From assembly GCA_038225185.1 (NCBI GenBank), contig JBBRFA010000004.1, positions 1-59,407 of the forward strand: DNA of 59,407 nt. The letters run 5' to 3'. A model generated the notes under the pieces. The model searched no databases, was not told where the DNA came from, and worked only from the letters and a program-made list of their open reading frames with translations. The stretch's first letter is position 1; each line of letters starts with the position of its first letter. A program made the translations under genes and the position numbers. Below, piece by piece: positions 9,400 to 21,467 of this stretch. The stretch is from Chthoniobacterales bacterium. Lineage in GTDB: Bacteria > Verrucomicrobiota > Verrucomicrobiia > Chthoniobacterales > DASVRZ01.

Positions 9400-11979
9400 T
9401 TATAATCCACTGTTTTCTTCCACAATTTTTTCACCTTCCTCCTCTTCGGTGGCTACCACGGGTGCAATGGCTTGGAGGCGTTCGCCGTCGCGCAGATCGA
9501 TCAGTTTTACCCCCTGCGCAATGCGGCCCACTTCGCGAATCTCGGCCACGCGGGTGCGCACCATTTTACCTTTGTTGGTGATCAGCATAAGTTCGTCCGC
9601 GTCCCTCACGGTGAGGGCGCCGACGACGCCGCCAGTGCGTCCGGTCACTTTCATGGTGATAATGCCTTTGCCGCCGCGCGCCTGGGTGCGGTATTCATCG
9701 AATTTGGTGCGTTTGCCCAGGCCCTCGTCGCCGGCGACTAACAGTTGGGCATCGTTGTTCACCAAGGCTGCGCCGACGATGTAGTCGCCTTTTTCTGGCC
9801 GTATTCCCCACACGCCGACCGTGTCGCGACCTTGATCGCGCATTTCTTCCTCGCTAAAACGTATGCTCATGCCGCCGTGGGTAATAAGCACGATTTCGTT
9901 GAGTCCGTCGGTGAGTTTACAATCGATCAGGCGGTCGCCTTCTTCGATTTTTATCGCGATGAGTCCGCCTTTGCGAATGTTTTTGAAATCTGAGAGATTC
10001 GATTTCTTAACAATCCCGCTCCTCGTGCAAAATACGATGTGTAATTTATCGGTCCAAGTGTCGGCCAGATCTTTCTGGCCTTGGACGCGAATGGTGGTGG
10101 CCAGTTTTTCATCGGGGCGCAATTCCAGGAAATTGGCAATGCTACGTCCGCGGCTCGCCCGGCTCATTTCTGGAATTTCAAAGACCCGTTCCACATAACA
10201 ACGTCCGTCCTGCGTAAAAAACACGAGGTAATCATGCGTGGTGGCAGTAAATAAATGCTCCACAAAATCGCTGTCCTCATCCTCGTTCTGCGATTCTCTG
10301 GCCACCATGCCGATCACGCCTTTTCCTCCCCGACGCTGGGCGCGATAGGCGGATACAGCGGTGCGTTTGATAAAGCCGTTGTGTGTGATGGTGATGATGC
10401 ATCCTTCGTCGGCAATGAGATCCTCGATGTTGATTTCTCCTTCCGCAGCGACAATGTTAGTGCGACGATCATTGCCGTATTTGCGCTGAATCTCGCGCAG
10501 CTCGTCTTTGATAATGTTTAAAACGCGGATTTCATTGGCCAGGATATCCAGCAAATCTTTGATCACAGCGACCAGATCGTCGTATTCTTTCTTAATTGCT
10601 CCCCTTTCCAAACCGGTGAGTTGATAGAGACGCAGGTCCAGAATATGCCCGACCTGTTTCTCGCTCAAACGATAGAACCCGTCTGCCACTCTTTGTTCGT
10701 TGCGAATGAGCACTCCGAGACTTTCCACCAGCGAACGCTTCCAGGAAAGAGCGAGCAACCGTTGCTTGGCATCGTCGCGATCGTTGGAATCGCGGATTAT
10801 TTTAATGAAATCGTCGAGGTGCGCGAGGGCGATGAGCAAACCCTCCAGTTTTTCCGCCTCCGCCTCGGCCTGACCTAACAAATATTTCGTGCGCCGGATG
10901 ACGACCTCGCGGCGATGATCGATAAAGCAGCCGATGGCATCCTTTAATGAAAGCAAACGCGGCTTGCCGTGGTCGATGGCTAACATGTTAACACTAAAGG
11001 AGGATTCCAGTGCGGTATGCTTGTAAAGATTGTTAACAATCACTTTCGGATTGCCGTCGCGCTTTAAATCGATCACCACCCGGGTGTCCTCGGCGCTCTC
11101 GTCGCGCACGTCGCTTATCCCCGTGAGCACTTTTTCGTTCACCAACTCGGCAATGCGTTTGACCAGCTCGGCGCGGTTTACATTGTATGGAATTTCTGAG
11201 ATGATAATTTGCTCGCGTCCACCTTTTACCTCGGTCGTGCCTATTCTTCCCCGCACTTTTACCGAGCCGCGCCCGGTCTCGAAATATTGTTTTATTCCTG
11301 CATACCCCTGGATAATGCAACCCGTGGGAAAATCCGGCCCTTTGATGTATGCCATCAAACCTTCGATAGTGATGTCGGGGTCGTCGATTTGGGCAAAAAT
11401 CCCATCGATGATTTCCTTGAGATTGTGAGGCGCCATGTTAGTCGCCATGCCCACGGCAATCCCTGTGCCGCCGTTTACTAACAAATTGGGAAACGCCGCC
11501 GGAAACACCGTCGGCTCGGAACGCGTTTCATCATAGTTAGGGACAAAATCCACCGTGTCCTTATCCATGTCCTGCATTAAAGCTGCGCCCAGATGCTGCA
11601 AACGGGCCTCGGTATAACGCATCGACGCAGGTGGATCGCCCTCGACCGAGCCGAAGTTGCCCTGGCCATCGATCAACATCTCACGCATCGCCCAGGGTTG
11701 GGCCATGTGAACAAGGGTCGGATAAATCGCCTGGTCACCGTGCGGGTGATAGTTACCCATGGTTTCGCCAACGATTTTGGCGCATTTCAAATGCTTGCGA
11801 TTGGGTTGCACGCCCAAATCGTTCATCGCGTAAAGAATGCGCCTTTGTGAAGGCTTGAGCCCGTCGCGGGCATCGGGCAGGGCCCGGGATACGATCACGG
11901 ACATCGAGTAATCGAGAAACGATTTCGACATCTCTTCAGCTACATTTACTTTTTCTACTTTTTCGTTGGTATGATACAT
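9400..11979 (-). CDS. gyrA: DNA gyrase subunit A
   Basis: 859 aa with the N-terminus SFLDYSMSVIVSRALPDARDGLKPSQRRILYAM, the active-site region, and C-terminal beta-pinwheel repeats. Confidence 0.97.
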   Translation of the reverse strand: MYHTNEKVEKVNVAEEMSKSFLDYSMSVIVSRALPDARDGLKPSQRRILYAMNDLGVQPNRKHLKCAKIVGETMGNYHPHGDQAIYPTLVHMAQPWAMREMLIDGQGNFGSVEGDPPASMRYTEARLQHLGAALMQDMDKDTVDFVPNYDETRSEPTVFPAAFPNLLVNGGTGIAVGMATNMAPHNLKEIIDGIFAQIDDPDITIEGLMAYIKGPDFPTGCIIQGYAGIKQYFETGRGSVKVRGRIGTTEVKGGREQIIISEIPYNVNRAELVKRIAELVNEKVLTGISDVRDESAEDTRVVIDLKRDGNPKVIVNNLYKHTALESSFSVNMLAIDHGKPRLLSLKDAIGCFIDHRREVVIRRTKYLLGQAEAEAEKLEGLLIALAHLDDFIKIIRDSNDRDDAKQRLLALSWKRSLVESLGVLIRNEQRVADGFYRLSEKQVGHILDLRLYQLTGLERGAIKKEYDDLVAVIKDLLDILANEIRVLNIIKDELREIQRKYGNDRRTNIVAAEGEINIEDLIADEGCIITITHNGFIKRTAVSAYRAQRRGGKGVIGMVARESQNEDEDSDFVEHLFTATTHDYLVFFTQDGRCYVERVFEIPEMSRASRGRSIANFLELRPDEKLATTIRVQGQKDLADTWTDKLHIVFCTRSGIVKKSNLSDFKNIRKGGLIAIKIEEGDRLIDCKLTDGLNEIVLITHGGMSIRFSEEEMRDQGRDTVGVWGIRPEKGDYIVGAALVNNDAQLLVAGDEGLGKRTKFDEYRTQARGGKGIITMKVTGRTGGVVGALTVRDADELMLITNKGKMVRTRVAEIREVGRIAQGVKLIDLRDGERLQAIAPVVATEEEEGEKIVEENSGL

Positions 11980-12141
11980 TGGTTATTCGGGAAATTCAGG
12001 GATAAACAAATTTTTTGGCGGCCTCGCACTAACATTTTAAAAAGCTATGCTCTTTCGTGCCCTTTTACCGACAGGAACTATTTCGGTAAGTTTATAGCTT
12101 GTCATCTAATAAATGAAGTCATGCGTGGTCGCGGTGCGGTT

Positions 12142-14718
<2,577 letters not shown>

Positions 14719-14905
14719 TCAGGAGTAAATTGAAGTGAAATATTACCACTTCTTTGCGAGAAAATCAACCGTTTTCTTCGCAAAAAAACGGACACCACCA
14801 CGAGATGCTGTGGTTTGCCACTCGAAAAACCACAATCCCTTGACCAACCCACTTCAAAATCCGATATCGACACCCTTTCTCTCTCATCGCATCCTCTTTC
14901 CATCG

Positions 14906-16429
14906 ATGCGCTGGTTTTTACTCATTCTTTCGCTTGGCTTCATCCTTGCCGCCCGAATTTGGAATTCGGACCAGGTTTTTGTCGATGGACAAATTTACTT
15001 TGTTGATGCCGATTGTTATTCGCGCATGACCCGCGTCGCCGCCGTCCTGGACCAGCCCGGCACCGTTTTACGGCATCACGATTTTGAGAACTGGCCCATC
15101 GGCACCACACCTCACACCACTCTGCCACTCGATTATCTCATCGCGTGCGTCGCCGTTATCCTGAAACCTTTTTTCTCCCATTCGACCGATCTCGCGGGTG
15201 CCGTCACTCCTCTGTTTCTCGCTCTTGCCGCCGGCTTCATTCTCTGGTGGTGGGCCGCCCCATTCCGTCTCACCACCCAATTATTCATCCTTCTCCTCTT
15301 CGCCTGGAGCCCGATTCTCGTTCACGGCACGCTGCTGGGACGCCCCGATCATCAATCGCTGCTCATTTTTCTCCTCATTCTCGCCTGGACCACCGGTCAA
15401 CGTCTGCACTCCTCGCCCTCTCGCACACTCGCTTTGCTGAACGGCGTCGCTTGGGGACTGGCCCTTTGGACATCGCTTTTCGAACCCGCCATTCTGCTGG
15501 CAATCACGATTCTCGGGAGCATGGCCGCCTTCGGGAAAAAAACCTTCCATCGCTTTTTTGCCGAATCCGCCATCACCACCGGCTTTGTTCTTTTGATAGC
15601 CCTGGCCATCGAGCACTGGCGAATCTCCGCCCTGCCCCGTGGCCCATTATTCGAGCGTTGGTCACTTTCCATTGGTGAACTCGCCGCTCCCGGCCTTTTT
15701 TCCAGTCTTTATCTCCAATGGAATGGTCTCATCCTCCTCGCTCTCCCAGCGTTCCTATTCTGGCAGATTTTTCGCCATAAAAACCGCCCCGCCATCTCCT
15801 CCCTGCTCCTCCTCACCGCGACCTGGCTCCTCACCGCGACCGCCGTTCGCTGGGGGTATTTCTTTGCCCTGGCTGTTATTTTCGCCCTGCCATTCCTCCT
15901 CGAAAAATGGACCAATCGCTGGCTTCTCGCAGCGTTTTTCCTCGGTTTCTGGCCAATGGCAAGCGAATGGGAAACCCGCATTTTCCCATCTCAAACCGAG
16001 CGCGAACGCCTCGCCGAACAGCGCGAGGATTATCGTCAACTTCGCCAAATCGCCACGCACTTGCCCCTCCACGATGGATTTCTCGCCCCCTGGTGGCTTT
16101 CACCTCCACTTGCCTACTGGAGCGGTGCCAACGGTCTCGCTGGCAGCTCGCACCAAAGCCTCCCCGGCATCGAAGCGACGGCTCAATTTTATCTCTCCCG
16201 TTTTCCAGAAAAAACCCGCGGCCTTCTTCAGCACCGACAAATCTCCTGGGTGCTCGCCTACGAACCCAGCCGTGTTCTCAGCACCTCCTCCTCTCTCCTC
16301 GGCATTTCTGCCGCCAACGACGCCCTCGCCATCATCCTCTACGAACAACCTCAGCGCGCTCCTTCGTTTCTGAAGCTCGCGCACGAAACCTCTTTCTTTA
16401 AACTCTATCGCGTCGCCCCCACTCCTTGA
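14906..16429 (+). CDS. polytopic membrane protein, possibly an STT3/AglB-like GT-C glycosyltransferase
   Basis: Internal ATG at 14906 (MRWFLLILSLGFILAARIW). The first-loop motif YFVDADCYSRMTRV resembles the D-x-D-x-Y..R loop of STT3/AglB, and there are at least 10 hydrophobic spans. Confidence 0.55.
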   Translation: MRWFLLILSLGFILAARIWNSDQVFVDGQIYFVDADCYSRMTRVAAVLDQPGTVLRHHDFENWPIGTTPHTTLPLDYLIACVAVILKPFFSHSTDLAGAVTPLFLALAAGFILWWWAAPFRLTTQLFILLLFAWSPILVHGTLLGRPDHQSLLIFLLILAWTTGQRLHSSPSRTLALLNGVAWGLALWTSLFEPAILLAITILGSMAAFGKKTFHRFFAESAITTGFVLLIALAIEHWRISALPRGPLFERWSLSIGELAAPGLFSSLYLQWNGLILLALPAFLFWQIFRHKNRPAISSLLLLTATWLLTATAVRWGYFFALAVIFALPFLLEKWTNRWLLAAFFLGFWPMASEWETRIFPSQTERERLAEQREDYRQLRQIATHLPLHDGFLAPWWLSPPLAYWSGANGLAGSSHQSLPGIEATAQFYLSRFPEKTRGLLQHRQISWVLAYEPSRVLSTSSSLLGISAANDALAIILYEQPQRAPSFLKLAHETSFFKLYRVAPTP

Positions 16430-16476
16430 ATCTGTGCTAACTTATCTCCTCAATCCTTGAACACTCATTAAATCCC

Positions 16477-17874
16477 ATGGACTTCGATCTTCTCATCATC
16501 GGCGCAGGCAGTGCTGGCTACAACGGCGCCTCGCTCGCTCATTCCCTCGGCCTCCGCGTCGGTCTCATCGACGGTGCCGCCGAACTTGGCGGACTCTGCA
16601 TCCTTCGCGGTTGCATGCCCAGCAAAGCACTCCTCGCTGGCGCCAACCGTTTTCATCAGGCCCGCCACAGCCAGTCTTTCGGTCTGCAAGCCGAAAATAG
16701 CACCCTCGACTTGCCCACTCTCGTCGCCCGAAAAGATGAGCACATCCGCGATTTTGCGGACCATCGTCGCAGCCAAATCTTGAGCGGACGCTTCCCGTTT
16801 TTTCACAGCTACGCCATTTTTCGCGACGCTCACACCATCGAACTCACTTCCGGCCCCGAAATCGGACGCCATCTTACCGCCTCTACTTTTCTCATTGCCA
16901 GCGGCTCCGAACTCGCTCCCCCCACCCTGCCCGGCCTCGCCGACACCGGTTTTGCCCACAGCGATACCGTCCTCCAAGCCACCCGACTGCCCGCCTCCGT
17001 CGTCGTCCTCGGAGGAGGGGCTGTGGCCCTCGAATTTGCCTGGTATTATCATGCCCTGGGCTCCCGCGTCACCATTCTTCAGCGCAGTCCCCTCCTTTTA
17101 AAAGGTTCCGATACCACCGCGGCCCTGGCCCTCCGTGTCGCTCTCGAAAAAAGCGGCATCACCGTCCACACTGGCACCACCCTTCAATCCGCCAGCGGCA
17201 CTGACACCGGAAAAAAGATCATTTATCTGCAAAACGACACCCTTCACGAAATTGAAGCTGAGGAAATCTTTTACGCCCTCGGACGCCGCCCTCGCGCGAT
17301 TGGTCTCGGCCTCGAATCTGCGCATATCGACCTGGCCACCATCCGCCCGACGCAACAGACTAATCTCGACCATGTTTTTTCCGCCGGCGACATCGTTGGC
17401 CCTTACGAAGTGGTTCACCTCGCCATTGCCCAGGCCGAAATCTCCGTGCGCAATGCCGCCCGGCTTCTGAAACACGATTTCGCACTCGAAACCATCGATT
17501 ACCGCAGTAAACTCTTCGTCCTCTTCACGCATCCCGAGCTCGCCCAAGTGGGTTTTACCGAGCAGGAAGCCCTCGATGCCGGGCACGACATTCTCACCGC
17601 CACCCATCCTTTTATCGATCACGGTAAATCCCTCGTCATGGGCGAGACCGATGGCCTGGTAAAAATTGTCGCCGCGCGTCCCACGGGCGAAATCCTCGGA
17701 GCCAGCGTTGTCGGCCCCGAAGCCTCCAGCCTCATCCAGGAAATTACCACCCTCATGCATTTCCACGGCACCGTGCGCGATCTGCTTACCCTCCCCCATT
17801 ATCATCCCACCCTGTCGGAAATCTGGACTTATCCCGCCGAGGAAATCGCCGATCAACTCCAGTCCCCCGCATAA
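16477..17874 (+). CDS. class I FAD-dependent pyridine nucleotide-disulfide oxidoreductase (dihydrolipoyl dehydrogenase / mercuric or glutathione reductase-like)
   Basis: GAGSAG dinucleotide fold, redox-active GGLCILRGCMPSK, a second Rossmann fold (VLGGGAVALEFA), and a C-terminal dimerization domain with HYHPTLSE. Confidence 0.85.
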   Translation: MDFDLLIIGAGSAGYNGASLAHSLGLRVGLIDGAAELGGLCILRGCMPSKALLAGANRFHQARHSQSFGLQAENSTLDLPTLVARKDEHIRDFADHRRSQILSGRFPFFHSYAIFRDAHTIELTSGPEIGRHLTASTFLIASGSELAPPTLPGLADTGFAHSDTVLQATRLPASVVVLGGGAVALEFAWYYHALGSRVTILQRSPLLLKGSDTTAALALRVALEKSGITVHTGTTLQSASGTDTGKKIIYLQNDTLHEIEAEEIFYALGRRPRAIGLGLESAHIDLATIRPTQQTNLDHVFSAGDIVGPYEVVHLAIAQAEISVRNAARLLKHDFALETIDYRSKLFVLFTHPELAQVGFTEQEALDAGHDILTATHPFIDHGKSLVMGETDGLVKIVAARPTGEILGASVVGPEASSLIQEITTLMHFHGTVRDLLTLPHYHPTLSEIWTYPAEEIADQLQSPA

Positions 17875-17943
17875 GTTTCCCGTTTAGATAAAGGCGCACC
17901 CACGCCTTGTTCCTCCAATCTATCTCTAAAAAAAAAGAAAAAA

Positions 17944-17968
17944 GACACGATTTGCATCGTGCCTTTTT
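17944..17968. terminator. bidirectional intrinsic terminator between the convergent oxidoreductase and acpP genes
   Basis: The hairpin GACACGAT-TTGC-ATCGTGCC has an 8-bp stem with one G-U pair. It is flanked by an A-run on one side and a T-run on the other, so a U-tract follows on both strands. Confidence 0.5.
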
Positions 17969-17999
17969 CAAATTTTAGCGAACCGATTGATGAGCAATC

Positions 18000-18242
18000 T
18001 TACTTCGCTTTGTCTTCAATGTATTGGATCACGTTATCGACGGTTTTGAGCTTTTCAGCATCTTCGTCGGGAACTTCCACACCGAATTCTTCTTCAAAAG
18101 CCATCACCAATTCGACCGTGTCGAGGGAATCTGCTCCCAGATCTTCAATGAAGGAGGCTGAGCCAACGACCTGCTCAGGATTTACTCCGAGTTGTTCGAC
18201 GATGATTTCTTTTACTTTTTCTTCTACGGATTTGTCTGACAT
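18000..18242 (-). CDS. acpP: acyl carrier protein
   Basis: 80 aa with the [21 protein letters not shown] phosphopantetheine attachment motif. Confidence 0.95.
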   Translation of the reverse strand: MSDKSVEEKVKEIIVEQLGVNPEQVVGSASFIEDLGADSLDTVELVMAFEEEFGVEVPDEDAEKLKTVDNVIQYIEDKAK

Positions 18243-18412
18243 AACTGTATTTTGTGGTTCTTTTTGAAAAGGTTGGGTTACTTGTAGCCGATACGCTTAA
18301 TGAAGATGACCCGCCTTGGCAACTGATAAATTTTTTGTTTTTTCAATTTTTTCACACGCCAACCGGCGTTTTGTCCGGTAGCCTGCCCCCGCCAACCCTA
18401 TAAAACCTCACC

Positions 18413-20278
18413 ATGAGCGATTCCGATACCTCCGTCCCTTTTGATCTGCGCTTCCTGCCTTCGTGGCTTAAAGAAGATACCTCCACCCCTTCTTATGCCG
18501 ATTACAGCGGCGAAGAATCTCCCCGCCGCGAACGTTCCGACCGACGCGACGGCGGCGCCCGCCCAGGAGGCCAGCGTCCACCAGGTCAACGACCACCCAA
18601 CCAACGCGACCGACCCAGCGGCCCTCGTCCCGGCCAGGGTCAGGGGCAACGTCCCGATGCCCGCGGTCCCCGCCCCGGTGATGGCAACCGTCCCCCGGCA
18701 AGTCGCCCCCCACTTGGTCAGCCACGCCCCAACATTGGCCAGGGCAGACCCGGATCCCAACCTCCTCGCGGCGCCGGAGATCGTCGCGATCAACCGCAAC
18801 GCCCCAGAGAACCCCAAATCCATCCCGCCCCCGTCGCGGTCAAGTTCCTCCCCGAGACCATCGCCCTCGATAAAGTTACCGAACAACTTAAATCTGCCCC
18901 CATCGCCTATCCGCTTTTTGCCGTGGCCAAAATGTTTCTGCAACGTCCCGGCGCACATCTCGTGCAAATCGATCCACTCCCCGAGACCTCGCTCTACCGT
19001 CTGGCCGAGACCTCCTTTTTTTCCACCGACCGCTCCTGGCTCGAAAAAATCGCTTTCAGCGAACTCTGGAAACTGTATTTCCGCGTCGATATCGTCGAGG
19101 GCCCAGAAATCAAAGGCAACTTCACCTCGGTCGCACGCAGCTCGCTCTCGGGCAAAATTTTTGGCCCAACCAATCACCATCAATTCCAAACCCAACTTCA
19201 CAAGGAATACGAAGACCGTTTCAGCCGGCGCATGAGCTTTGCAGAATACCGTTCCTGCATCGAAACGACCAACGATCCTGCCGCCATCGAACAATGGAAA
19301 AACGACCTTCGCCGCGTCGAAACCTACGTTCTCATTCCCGCAGGCACCGAACTCATCGCGACAGATGCCCCGACCTCCGAAGTGTCTGCTGAAGTTATTC
19401 CCGACGAAAATCATCTCGATGAGGAAACCGCCCCGGAAATCGTTGATTCCTCCAGCGAAGCCGCAAATGAAGAATCCCTTCCGGAAATCTCCGAACCTCC
19501 CGCCCCGCCCGAATCCGAGGAGATTGGCGAAGCCGTCATCACAGAACAATCCTCCGAAACCGGGGAAGAAGCTGCATCCGCCTTTTCCCCCATTTTCGCC
19601 AGCCGCGCCGAAGCCCAGACCCATTTTCACCAGCACATCCTGCCCACCATTCTCCTCGAAATCCCGTCCATCGTTCTCAGCGGGCAGGAAGCACGCAACC
19701 TCAAAGATCGCCATCTCGCCACCTCCATCCGCCTCGGCTGGGAAGCAGAAGCCCGCTATCCACTCGGTCTCGTCAACCAAATCCGTTTAAAATTCAACGA
19801 GCAAAACCTGCACATCTTCAAATTCAAAAAACGCGTCCTACTCATTTCCTCGCTCAAACCAGCCTGGCTCAGCAATACCTCCGAATCCCTTTCGTCCAGT
19901 ATCCGTGGACTGCTGCAAATCGTCCAGGCTCACCCCGGCATTAATCGCAAAGCCCTCGCCGAAAACGTCCTCGCCGATTACGCCACCGCCACCGACGAAG
20001 AAAAGCTCACTCGCAAACAATCGCTTATTGGCGACCTTTTCTGGCTCATTCGACAAGGACATGTCATCGAGTTTAATGACGGCACGTTCGACCTGCCAGT
20101 CGGCCCGAAACCTCCCGCAGAAGTCATCCGCGAAAATCCCAAAGCCGCCGAATCCACAGCGAATATTCCCGCCGAAAGTTCAACAGGCGTCGTTCAAGAA
20201 CCGGACTCGGATGCTGACGCGTCAACCCCTGTGGATTCCACGCAGCCGGTGAACAACGAATCGGATAAGCCCATTTAA
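18413..20278 (+). CDS. hypothetical protein with an Arg/Gly/Pro-rich disordered N-terminal region
   Basis: 621-aa ORF with an ATG start. Roughly residues 36-150 are R/G/P/Q low complexity (GQRPPGQRPPNQRDRPSGPRPGQGQGQRPDARGPRPGDGNRPP...), followed by ordinary globular-looking sequence. The 460-aa antisense ORF is a GC shadow. Confidence 0.7.
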   Translation: MSDSDTSVPFDLRFLPSWLKEDTSTPSYADYSGEESPRRERSDRRDGGARPGGQRPPGQRPPNQRDRPSGPRPGQGQGQRPDARGPRPGDGNRPPASRPPLGQPRPNIGQGRPGSQPPRGAGDRRDQPQRPREPQIHPAPVAVKFLPETIALDKVTEQLKSAPIAYPLFAVAKMFLQRPGAHLVQIDPLPETSLYRLAETSFFSTDRSWLEKIAFSELWKLYFRVDIVEGPEIKGNFTSVARSSLSGKIFGPTNHHQFQTQLHKEYEDRFSRRMSFAEYRSCIETTNDPAAIEQWKNDLRRVETYVLIPAGTELIATDAPTSEVSAEVIPDENHLDEETAPEIVDSSSEAANEESLPEISEPPAPPESEEIGEAVITEQSSETGEEAASAFSPIFASRAEAQTHFHQHILPTILLEIPSIVLSGQEARNLKDRHLATSIRLGWEAEARYPLGLVNQIRLKFNEQNLHIFKFKKRVLLISSLKPAWLSNTSESLSSSIRGLLQIVQAHPGINRKALAENVLADYATATDEEKLTRKQSLIGDLFWLIRQGHVIEFNDGTFDLPVGPKPPAEVIRENPKAAESTANIPAESSTGVVQEPDSDADASTPVDSTQPVNNESDKPI

Positions 20279-20295
20279 GCGCTCGATTTTCGATC

Positions 20296-20757
20296 ATGCC
20301 ACATTATCGTCGGGAAACGTTTCTCAACGCTTCAGTAGAGCAGGTCTATTCCTTTCACGAAAATCCTTTTAACATCCAAAAAATTAGTCCCTGGTTTTTA
20401 CAAATAGACGAAATACAGGCAGATACAGAAGCAAATCCGCAATCTCCGTTTATTCTTAAACTCCGCATTTTTGGGGTTCCACTCCACTGGAATGGCCTCT
20501 GGGAGGTTGCCCGAAAGCCAGTTCTTCTGGTTGACACGGCATCCGTTTTTCCTTTCCGCACCTGGCGTCATGAACATCACTTCGAGCCGGTAAAAGATGG
20601 CACCCGAATGATTGATGACGTCATCTACACTCTTCCGGGAGGTTGGCTGGGCGCAGTTTTGGGAACCACGATTTTTCGATTACAACTCATCTTGATGTTC
20701 AGTGGACGTCATCGGGCCACGCGCGCTTGGTTTGAGCGCCCTCTCCCCCGCACATGA
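20296..20757 (+). CDS. SRPBCC (START/cyclase-dehydrase-like) family protein
   Basis: 153 aa. The N-terminal ASVEQVYSFHENPFNIQKISPW and the later RTWRHEHHFEP pattern are typical of COG4276-type SRPBCC proteins. Confidence 0.65.
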   Translation: MPHYRRETFLNASVEQVYSFHENPFNIQKISPWFLQIDEIQADTEANPQSPFILKLRIFGVPLHWNGLWEVARKPVLLVDTASVFPFRTWRHEHHFEPVKDGTRMIDDVIYTLPGGWLGAVLGTTIFRLQLILMFSGRHRATRAWFERPLPRT

Positions 20758-20849
20758 TAGAGGTAGTAAATACCCGTTCCCGATTGTCGCTGGCAAATCC
20801 AGTTGCCGGGCCGGATTCTTTGTGCGAATAGATGTCTTCCAAGCTTGAT

Positions 20850-20924
20850 GCCGACGTAGCTCAGTGGTAGAGCAGCTGTTTCGTAAACAGCAGGTCGCAG
20901 GTTCGAATCCCGTCGTCGGCTCCA
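20850..20924 (+). tRNA. tRNA-Thr (anticodon CGU), with CCA encoded
   Basis: Hand-folded cloverleaf: acceptor GCCGACG/CGTCGGC, D arm GCTC-AGTGGTA-GAGC, anticodon arm GCTGT-TTCGTAA-ACAGC (anticodon CGT at 20882..20884), variable loop AGGTC, T arm GCAGG-TTCGAAT-CCCGT (one A-C mismatch), discriminator T, then CCA. Confidence 0.9.
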
Positions 20925-21467
20925 GTGCATTTGCAAGAAAATGATGCTTTTATAAGGCAAAGCGCAAGGCTCATCTGCCGGGGATTTACACGTTCAGAGG
21001 TGTCGAAAATGAGATGAAAATGTCAATTTTAACTTTCCATAAGAAACGTGGATTAGCTCAAGTTTCTTATTGATGGCTTCGTCCCCTCGTAAAACCAGGG
21101 GGGGCACCCCAAAGGCACAACAAAGTCGTAAAAGTTTTGCGAAGGATTTTACCGAAAGAAACGCGGATTCCCGCTCGATGAGCAGGTTCTCGTAGATTTG
21201 AGTTTGCTGGGGTCCGTCCGCGAGGTTTTGCGGATGCGAAGCACCGTCCCGTAGTTAAGTGGCAGGGCCGTGGTGCCCAACGCATGTTGCGGACGGCAAT
21301 GTGAAAGTGCGTGTTTCTGCCGGTTTGAACGTGGTGGAATCGCGCGTAAGAATAGCCTGCCCCAACGATCGGATCGTTTTGCGATTCACATCAAATACCT
21401 CTTCCAAGATGGCGATGCGCACCCCGCCATTGGCAAACCGCCCGACTATCATTCTTCCAGTCGCTGA

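Noticed and set aside
18398-19780. 460-aa minus-strand ORF opposite the 621-aa gene.
   Set aside because: It is a glycine/arginine-rich mirror of the low-complexity region with no motifs. The plus-strand ORF has a clean ATG and an ordinary C-terminal body.
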